Positions 58,474 to 64,000 of a DNA stretch of 64,000 nt are shown here, in pieces. How positions within the stretch are numbered: position 1 is the first letter of the stretch; each line of letters starts with the position of its first letter. The translations under genes and the position numbers were made by a program. Below the pieces are notes generated by a model. That model searched no databases and was not told the origin of the DNA. It saw nothing but the letters and a program-made list of their open reading frames with translations. Origin of the DNA: Nitrospirota bacterium (GTDB lineage: Bacteria > Nitrospirota > Nitrospiria > JACQBZ01). The stretch lies in NCBI GenBank assembly GCA_016200255.1, contig JACQFA010000022.1, positions 12,963 to 76,962 on the forward strand, read 5' to 3'.

Positions 58474-60013
58474 GATTCTCTCCGACTTGGACGGGCAGGA
58501 AGAGGGTGAAGGTTGACCCCTTCCCCTCGGCACTTTGGACCTCAATCCGGCCCCCGTGTTCTTGAATAATCCGCTCCGCGATCGAGAGCCCGAGTCCGAA
58601 GCCGCTGACCTTCGTCGTAAAATAGGGATCAAACAGCTTTGGAAGGTTCTGCGGGGGTATCCCGCAGCCGGTGTCACGGACGGAGACCACGACCTCATCC
58701 CCGTCCCGCACCCAGGTCGAGATGTAAAGTTCTCCCCCCTCCGGCATCGCCTGGATGGCATTGATCAAGAGATTGAGCAGCACCTGCCTCAGCAAATCGT
58801 AATCGGCCGAAATCTTGGGGAGGGCCGTATCAAAATGCCGATGGATCTGAATCTGCTGCTGGTTCGCCTCGGCGGTAATGAAGGCCGCCGTTTCCTCGAT
58901 AAGATCATTGAGGTGGGTCGGCTGACGTGAAGGTGTCGGCGACTTGGCAAATCGCAAGAAACTTTCGACGATTTCATTGAGCCTCCCAACTTCCCGTCTC
59001 ATGTTTTCGGATAATTCCAGGAACTTTCCGGCATCGGCTTGATCCTTCGGTGTAAACCGATCTTTCATGTGATCGATGATGAGACCGAGGCTGTTCAATG
59101 GATTCTTGATTTCATGGGCCACCCCCGCGCCCAACCGGCTGATGACCTCCAGCCTTTCGACCCGCTTCTGGGTCTCCTCCAGCTTGAGAATCCCCTCTGC
59201 CATTCGGTTGAAGGCGATCTTCAGTACACCGATCTCATCCTTCCGGGACTCATCCATGCGCAGGCTGAGATCCCCCCGACCGATCCGAATTGCCGCCTGG
59301 ACCAGCTCCCCGATCGGTTTTGTAACGCTCTTGGCAAAATAGGTGGCGAAAAACAGTCCGACAAAGAAGAGTCCGCCCGCGACGACAAAGCTCCAGATCT
59401 TCACCCGATCCAAAAGAACCACAGCGGGATTCATCGACATCTCGATACGACCAAATCCCAAGAACCGTTCCTGTTGGAAAAGCGGAAAGGTCAGGAAGAG
59501 AATGGTATCCCGCCCGCGCTGACGGATTTGCGTATCGATTTCATTTTGCGCAAGCCTTGCCAACGTCGCCTCGTCGACCCTTTCCTCCAGTGGGAGGATG
59601 CGGCCCTCCTTTTGTGCGGGAAAATCGATCACGACGCGGTTTCCCGCATCAATGAAAAACAGGTCATGCAGCCCCTCATTTTCACTGTAGATATCGAGGT
59701 GCCTTTCCTCTTCACCAAAATGCTCGATGAATTTTCGAATCTGTTGTTTCTCGTCTTCTGGAATGCTCGCCAGATCGGTCTGGCTGGACTTCAAGATCAG
59801 TTCCGATAGGTTGAGCTGCAACGTCTTGCCCATTAGCAAGGCCCGCTGACGGATCTGGTCGATTAAGATTTGTTTTTCGATCTGATAGTTGAGAAGAAAG
59901 AAGGCCGCCGTTGTGGCGAACAACAGCAACAGCATCGTCAGGGTCAAACGTCTGCGAAACGATCCGGTGGAAACCATAAAAATTATTCTATTCCACATCC
60001 GGCCCGGTTGCAA
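58466..60013 (-). CDS. Sensor histidine kinase (2 TM periplasmic sensor, HAMP, HisKA, HATPase_c; ZraS-like)
   Basis: H-box VAHEIKNPLNS; stop TAG overlaps the regulator start (ATGCATAG). The alternative start ATG at 59977 is equally plausible. Confidence 0.8.
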   Translation of the reverse strand: MQPGRMWNRIIFMVSTGSFRRRLTLTMLLLLFATTAAFFLLNYQIEKQILIDQIRQRALLMGKTLQLNLSELILKSSQTDLASIPEDEKQQIRKFIEHFGEEERHLDIYSENEGLHDLFFIDAGNRVVIDFPAQKEGRILPLEERVDEATLARLAQNEIDTQIRQRGRDTILFLTFPLFQQERFLGFGRIEMSMNPAVVLLDRVKIWSFVVAGGLFFVGLFFATYFAKSVTKPIGELVQAAIRIGRGDLSLRMDESRKDEIGVLKIAFNRMAEGILKLEETQKRVERLEVISRLGAGVAHEIKNPLNSLGLIIDHMKDRFTPKDQADAGKFLELSENMRREVGRLNEIVESFLRFAKSPTPSRQPTHLNDLIEETAAFITAEANQQQIQIHRHFDTALPKISADYDLLRQVLLNLLINAIQAMPEGGELYISTWVRDGDEVVVSVRDTGCGIPPQNLPKLFDPYFTTKVSGFGLGLSIAERIIQEHGGRIEVQSAEGKGSTFTLFLPVQVGENHA

Positions 60014-60137
60014 GCTACGGGTCCAATCGATCCTGTTCTACTTTGAGTTATCGGAGCGAATGCCTGAAGAGAATTAGGCATGAGAAACGGAATTTGAACA
60101 GCGCTCGAACACCTTAAATTTTTGTAGAGAAAAAAAT

Positions 60138-60212
60138 TGGAGCGGGAAAGGGGATTTGAACCCCCGACCCTCGCCTTGGCAAGGCGATGCTCTACCACTG
60201 AGCTATTCCCGC
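60138..60212 (-). tRNA. tRNA-Gly (anticodon GCC), CCA encoded
   Basis: Reverse complement GCGGGAATAGCTCAGTGGTAGAGCATCGCCTTGCCAAGGCGAGGGTCGGGGGTTCAAATCCCCTTTCCCGCTCCA. Confidence 0.85.
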
Positions 60213-60293
60213 ATCCTGTGAATTGATAAAATCAGAGAAACACTATACCCAAAATTCGGCGGGGTTGTCAATCGCCACCAGAGCGCCGTCGAA

Positions 60294-60809
60294 TCAAATC
60301 ACCTTGAACTCCACCACCTTTGAGCTGGCCTTACCGTTGCTGTCCTCGACGTAGATCTCGACGGTGTGCTCCCCCTTTGGAAACTCGGCCTGGGTCACAT
60401 GGATCCGGTGTCCCTCCACGTAGGGCTTGACCCGGTCGGTGATGTCGATCGTGAAAAATTTAATATACCGCACTTTGAGCGAAGGCATATTCGGCTCGGC
60501 CCCGTCTTTCGACGGGTTGAAGACGACATCAATCTCGACCGGCTGTTGACCAATCTCTCCACCGCCGGGACGAACAACCTCGATCTGGGGACCGTCCTTT
60601 AGTTCCAGAATCATGGACCGTCCCACTTCGGTCAACCCCTTTTCCTTCGCCGTCTGTTCCTGCCGGCCGATATCCTCGTTCGTGATCAGATGAAGAACAT
60701 CCGGATGCATCTGCGAAAAGACAGGAACGGCCGCCGCGATGAAAAGCCCGCCGACCAGTCCGAATAAAACCGGCAGAAAAATTCCAGAGGGATTTGAGTG
60801 TGCGTTCAT
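60294..60809 (-). CDS. Hypothetical exported protein (signal peptide/TM then a ~140-aa probable beta-sandwich domain)
   Basis: 171 aa, MNAHSNPSGIFLPVLFGLVGGLFIAAAVPVFSQ...; no recognisable motif; its closest upstream neighbour on the minus strand is the transketolase N-terminal subunit gene. Confidence 0.5.
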   Translation of the reverse strand: MNAHSNPSGIFLPVLFGLVGGLFIAAAVPVFSQMHPDVLHLITNEDIGRQEQTAKEKGLTEVGRSMILELKDGPQIEVVRPGGGEIGQQPVEIDVVFNPSKDGAEPNMPSLKVRYIKFFTIDITDRVKPYVEGHRIHVTQAEFPKGEHTVEIYVEDSNGKASSKVVEFKVI

Positions 60810-60839
60810 ATTTTGAGTCCATCGGTAAAAGGAGGGATA

Positions 60840-61664
60840 CTACCGTTGTTCCAGTTCCTTTAATGCCTGTTCGACCTGCTCCGGCGTCGGAGGAATGCCA
60901 TGGAGTTCCGGACGGTTCTCCATGAACGAAACCCCTTTGCCTTTAACCGTCCGGGCAATAATCACGGTCGGCTTTCCCTTCGCGGCGCGGGCCTCGTCAA
61001 AAGCCTTGCCGATCTGGTCCCAGTCATGGCCATCGATCTCAATCGCGTGCCACTTGAAGGCCTTCCATTTCTCGCCGAGGGGGGCGAGGTCCATGACGTC
61101 CTTGACCCAGCCGTCCTGCTGGGCCTGGTTGTGGTCGACGATCACGGTCAGATTATCCAGACCTCGGTTGCCCGCATACATCGCGGCTTCCCAGACCTGG
61201 CCTTCATCCAACTCCCCGTCGCCCGTCATGACATAGACACGATAGTCCTTCCGATCCAGCCGGCCGGCCAGCGCCATGCCGATGCCGATCGAGATGCCCT
61301 GACCCAGCGATCCGGTCGAGGCCTCGACGCCGCCCATGCGGTGCCGTTCGGGATGACCCTGCAGCGCACTGTCAAGTTTACGCAAGGTCATCAAGCGATC
61401 CACCGGAAAATAGCCGCTTCGCGCAAGAAAGGCATACAACGCCGGCGCGGCGTGACCTTTACTAAGAATAAACCGGTCCCGGTCGGACCAGTCCGGCCGC
61501 TTCGGATCATGCCGCAGAACCTGGAAGAAAAGCGTGGTCAGAATCTCGACGGTCGAAAGCGAACTGGTCGGATGGCCGGAGCCGGCCGCGCCGGTCATCC
61601 GGATGATGTCTTTGCGAATCGTGCTGGCCTGTTTTATCAGTTCTTCGCGATCTGAAATCATCAT
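60840..61664 (-). CDS. Transketolase, N-terminal (TPP-binding) subunit of a split transketolase
   Basis: 274 aa; GHPTSSLS and thiamine-binding GDGELDEGQVWEA motifs. Confidence 0.85.
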   Translation of the reverse strand: MMISDREELIKQASTIRKDIIRMTGAAGSGHPTSSLSTVEILTTLFFQVLRHDPKRPDWSDRDRFILSKGHAAPALYAFLARSGYFPVDRLMTLRKLDSALQGHPERHRMGGVEASTGSLGQGISIGIGMALAGRLDRKDYRVYVMTGDGELDEGQVWEAAMYAGNRGLDNLTVIVDHNQAQQDGWVKDVMDLAPLGEKWKAFKWHAIEIDGHDWDQIGKAFDEARAAKGKPTVIIARTVKGKGVSFMENRPELHGIPPTPEQVEQALKELEQR

Positions 61665-61761
61665 GGTGCCATTAAATTAACAAAAACGACCCGCCAAGTC
61701 AATGACGATCTCGTCACCGGCCCAACTCAGCGGACGAATCAGTCACGAATCAGGCCGTCGC

Positions 61762-61808
61762 AAAAAAAAGGGCCGGTTCTTGTAAAAAGACCCGGCCCTT
61801 TGATTTTG
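61762..61808 (-). terminator. Rho-independent (bidirectional) terminator after the DEAD-box helicase gene
   Basis: GGGCCGG...CCGGCCC stem flanked by an A8 run (U-run on the minus-strand transcript) and TTTGATTTTG. Confidence 0.7.
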
Positions 61809-61834
61809 ATACCGCTGCTGTCAGTGGTTTCGGT

Positions 61835-63055
61835 TTATCGCTCAAACACCGGACGCCGCCATTTGTTTGGACCGCCGCCGTTTTGTTGCCGCGGACGGAA
61901 CGGGCGACGCGACGGTTCTTCTTGCACGGTGCCATGGCTCTTAAATTCGGTGATCGTCACCTGAGGGATCTTCGATCCGATCAGCCGCTCGATATCCCGG
62001 AGGTTGCCCCGTTCGTTCGGGGACATCAACGAGATCGCGTCGCCGGTCGCCTCGGCCCGGGCGGTTCGCCCGATCCGGTGGACATAATCCTCCGGCGAGT
62101 CCGGAAACTCGTAGTTCACCACGTGAGAGATCCCCTTGACGTCCAGTCCGCGCGCGGCGATGTTCGTCGCGACCAGAACCTGGATCGATCCTCTACGGAA
62201 GTCCTCCAGCGTGCGCGTGCGCGCCCCCTGGCTTTTGTTGCTGTGAAGCGCCGCAACCCGTTTTCCTTTTCCTTCGAGCTGGCGCGCGAGGTGATCCGCG
62301 CGATGCTTCGTGCGCGTGAAGACGAGCACCTGGTCCATCTTTTCCTTTTCGATCAGATGAAGCAGAAGATCGCGTTTGCGCGAGGCATCCACCGGATAGA
62401 CCACCTGCCGGACGCCGCTGGCCGTCGCCCCCTGCCGCGCGATCTGGATCACGACCGGCTGCTTCAGGATTTCGTGCGCGAGTTTCTGGATCTCCCCCGC
62501 CATGGTGGCCGAGAAGAAAAGCGTCTGACGCTGCTGGGGAAGATTTTTGATGATCATCCGGACGTCCGGGATGAATCCCATATCGAGCATCCGGTCGGCC
62601 TCGTCGATCACCAGCACTTCGAGGTTTTTGTAATTCACATTGCCCTGCCGCATATGGTCCAGCAACCGGCCGGGGGTCGCCACGAGAATATCAACTCCTT
62701 GACGGAGCGTCATCCTCTGCCGCTCGATATTCACGCCGCCGAAAACGACGCCGGTTTTCAGCCGCATGTAACGGCCGTAGGTCCGGATGCTCTCGTGAAC
62801 CTGCGCCGCCAGCTCGCGCGTGGGCACCAGCACCAGCACACGAAGCGACGGCGAACGGCCCTCGCGCAACCGGTGAAGGATCGGCAGCGTAAAACCGGCC
62901 GTCTTTCCGGTTCCGGTCTGCGCGCAGCCGATCACGTCCTTCCCCGCCAGAACGGCCGGAATGGCCGCCTCCTGGATCGGGGTCGGGGTTTCATAATTTT
63001 TCGCCTTGACGGCGCGTAGAATTTCCGGGGCAAGCCCCATTTCTTCAAACGTCAT
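61835..63055 (-). CDS. DEAD-box ATP-dependent RNA helicase (RhlE-like)
   Basis: 406 aa; Q motif, AQTGTGKT, DEAD, SAT, HRIGRTAR motifs; basic C-terminal tail. Confidence 0.9.
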   Translation of the reverse strand: MTFEEMGLAPEILRAVKAKNYETPTPIQEAAIPAVLAGKDVIGCAQTGTGKTAGFTLPILHRLREGRSPSLRVLVLVPTRELAAQVHESIRTYGRYMRLKTGVVFGGVNIERQRMTLRQGVDILVATPGRLLDHMRQGNVNYKNLEVLVIDEADRMLDMGFIPDVRMIIKNLPQQRQTLFFSATMAGEIQKLAHEILKQPVVIQIARQGATASGVRQVVYPVDASRKRDLLLHLIEKEKMDQVLVFTRTKHRADHLARQLEGKGKRVAALHSNKSQGARTRTLEDFRRGSIQVLVATNIAARGLDVKGISHVVNYEFPDSPEDYVHRIGRTARAEATGDAISLMSPNERGNLRDIERLIGSKIPQVTITEFKSHGTVQEEPSRRPFRPRQQNGGGPNKWRRPVFER

Positions 63056-63342
63056 TCTGTTACTCCAATTCTATTTGGGGACCGTAGTCCCATGCATGAT
63101 TGCGAAAAGACACGGACCAGCCGAATGTCCGTCGCCTAAATCAGCGCGACGTATGACGGCCTTGCCGGCCTTTCGCCTATATTGAAGAACCTTTTAGAAG
63201 AGTGATGGTCTATCGGTGGGGAATGATGGACCCGCTTCTTGAGGAGGGATCTACGTAGCGGATACCGCCTCGTGGTTCGTCAAAACTGAACGGACTATAA
63301 CATGAACGGTTTGGAATTAGCAAGCGGTATTTTGAACTATTT

Positions 63343-64000
63343 TTATTTCCGCCCGACACCGACGGTGACTTTTCGAAACCGGGCCGGCGCGGCGCCGTGG
63401 GACATTTCGGCCGTCTGGCCCGGCTGGCCCTTCCCGCAATTTACAACGCCCCAGAGCGTCCAGTGATCGCCGTCGCAGACCGCGTCGCAGGAACCCCAAA
63501 ACTCCGGCGTGATCCCCTGATAGGTGCAGTTCTTCAGCATCGCGCCGAGCTTGCCCTTTTTGATCTCCCATCCGACTTCGCAGCCGAACTGAAAGTTATA
63601 CCGCATCTGATCGATCGACCAGCTCTTGTTCGTGCACATCAAGATCCCGTCTTTCGTATCGGCAATGAGCTCATCCGGCGTCCGGTCGCCCGGCATCAGG
63701 CTCACGTTCGTGATCCGGATCATCGGAAGCGAGGCCCAGCTGTCGGCGCGGCAGCAGCCTCGGCTGTTCTGCTTGATCACCGGCGCGAATTCGCGGTTGG
63801 TGTGATACCCGACGAAGATCCCGTTTTGAACGATCGGCCAGCGCTGCGCGCGCACGCCGTCGTCGTCGTAGCCGAACGTCGCCAGGCCGCCGGGAACGGT
63901 CGAGTCGGCCATCAGAGTCACCTGGTCCGATCCGTAACGGAATTTACCGTACTTTTCCGTCGTTAGAAAACTCCGGCCGGCGTAGTTCTCCTCGATTCCC
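63343..64000 (-). CDS. TldD/PmbA-family metalloprotease, C-terminal portion (N-terminus lies beyond the window end)
   Basis: The frame stays open upstream to the window edge (...GIEENYAGRSFLTTEKYGKFRYGSDQVTLMADSTVPGG...); the C-terminal region is TldD-like. Confidence 0.7.
   Translation of the reverse strand, partial: GIEENYAGRSFLTTEKYGKFRYGSDQVTLMADSTVPGGLATFGYDDDGVRAQRWPIVQNGIFVGYHTNREFAPVIKQNSRGCCRADSWASLPMIRITNVSLMPGDRTPDELIADTKDGILMCTNKSWSIDQMRYNFQFGCEVGWEIKKGKLGAMLKNCTYQGITPEFWGSCDAVCDGDHWTLWGVVNCGKGQPGQTAEMSHGAAPARFRKVTVGVGRK

Noticed and set aside
58474-58761. 96-aa N-extension of the sigma-54 response regulator ORF overlapping the histidine kinase gene
   Set aside because: The receiver domain begins at MHSVLIVDDEK with a good RBS. 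The extension is out-of-frame kinase sequence.
1-64000. CRISPR arrays, transposases, integrases, phage genes, toxin-antitoxin pairs, defence islands
   Set aside because: No direct-repeat/spacer arrays, no IS or integrase ORFs, and no recognisable defence-gene neighbourhoods were seen. The window reads as core chromosome.

Overview
This is a high-GC (~60-63%) bacterial chromosomal segment, densely coded with core housekeeping genes; I saw no CRISPR array, transposase or integrase. Reading left to right:

- A partial proton-pumping pyrophosphatase gene runs off the window start. It is followed on the minus strand by pth, rplY/ctc, prs, tRNA-Gln and ispE.
- A type IV pilus block follows (pilR-pilS-pilC-pilT-pilB, minus strand) with aroE and a CDP-alcohol phosphatidyltransferase. 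The aroE-pilB-pilT-pilC-pilS-pilR order resembles Geobacter/Desulfuromonadales, but the taxon cannot be fixed from sequence alone.
- Next come a small hypothetical gene plus a GAF-domain gene, a 935-aa FAD/Fe-S oxidoreductase, and a peptidoglycan-recycling cluster (Ycf48-like BNR protein, ldcA, AmpC-like serine hydrolase, mpl).
- On the plus strand: rplM-rpsI, argC-argJ, rpsB-tsf-pyrH-frr, alr, mlaEFD, cbiX, and a complete System I cytochrome c maturation locus (ccmA, B, C, a CcmE-like paralog, ccmE, F, G, H, I, tlpA, ccdA), then degP, lgt and an RNase HIII-type gene.
- On the minus strand: a COG1579 zinc-ribbon protein, a tRNA in the ileX position, rpoD, dnaG and yqeY. Then a DksA-like gene, tRNA-Val and fkpA.
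- Finally a czcCBA-type heavy-metal RND efflux operon preceded by a sigma-54-dependent two-component system, tRNA-Gly, an orphan transketolase N-terminal subunit, a DEAD-box helicase and a partial tldD/pmbA.

No self-evident novel multi-gene system (defence island, mobile element) was found. The most unusual observations are:

1. The tRNA sitting in the conserved post-rpoD ileX slot has a UAU rather than CAU anticodon.
2. A His-less CcmE-like paralog with an added C-terminal transmembrane helix occupies the ccmD slot.
3. A sigma-54-type -24/-12 element lies upstream of czcC, directly downstream of the sigma-54 activator gene.
4. A ~250-bp low-GC patch encodes an extremely acidic (GAN)n-repeat peptide upstream of rplM.
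5. A 21-22-nt GC-rich motif is shared between two unrelated 5' leaders.

CDS coordinates follow the supplied ORF track, with starts re-chosen where the track's N-terminal extensions overlapped a neighbouring gene or gave an atypical N-terminus. RNA and regulatory coordinates are hand-derived and may be off by 1-2 nt.
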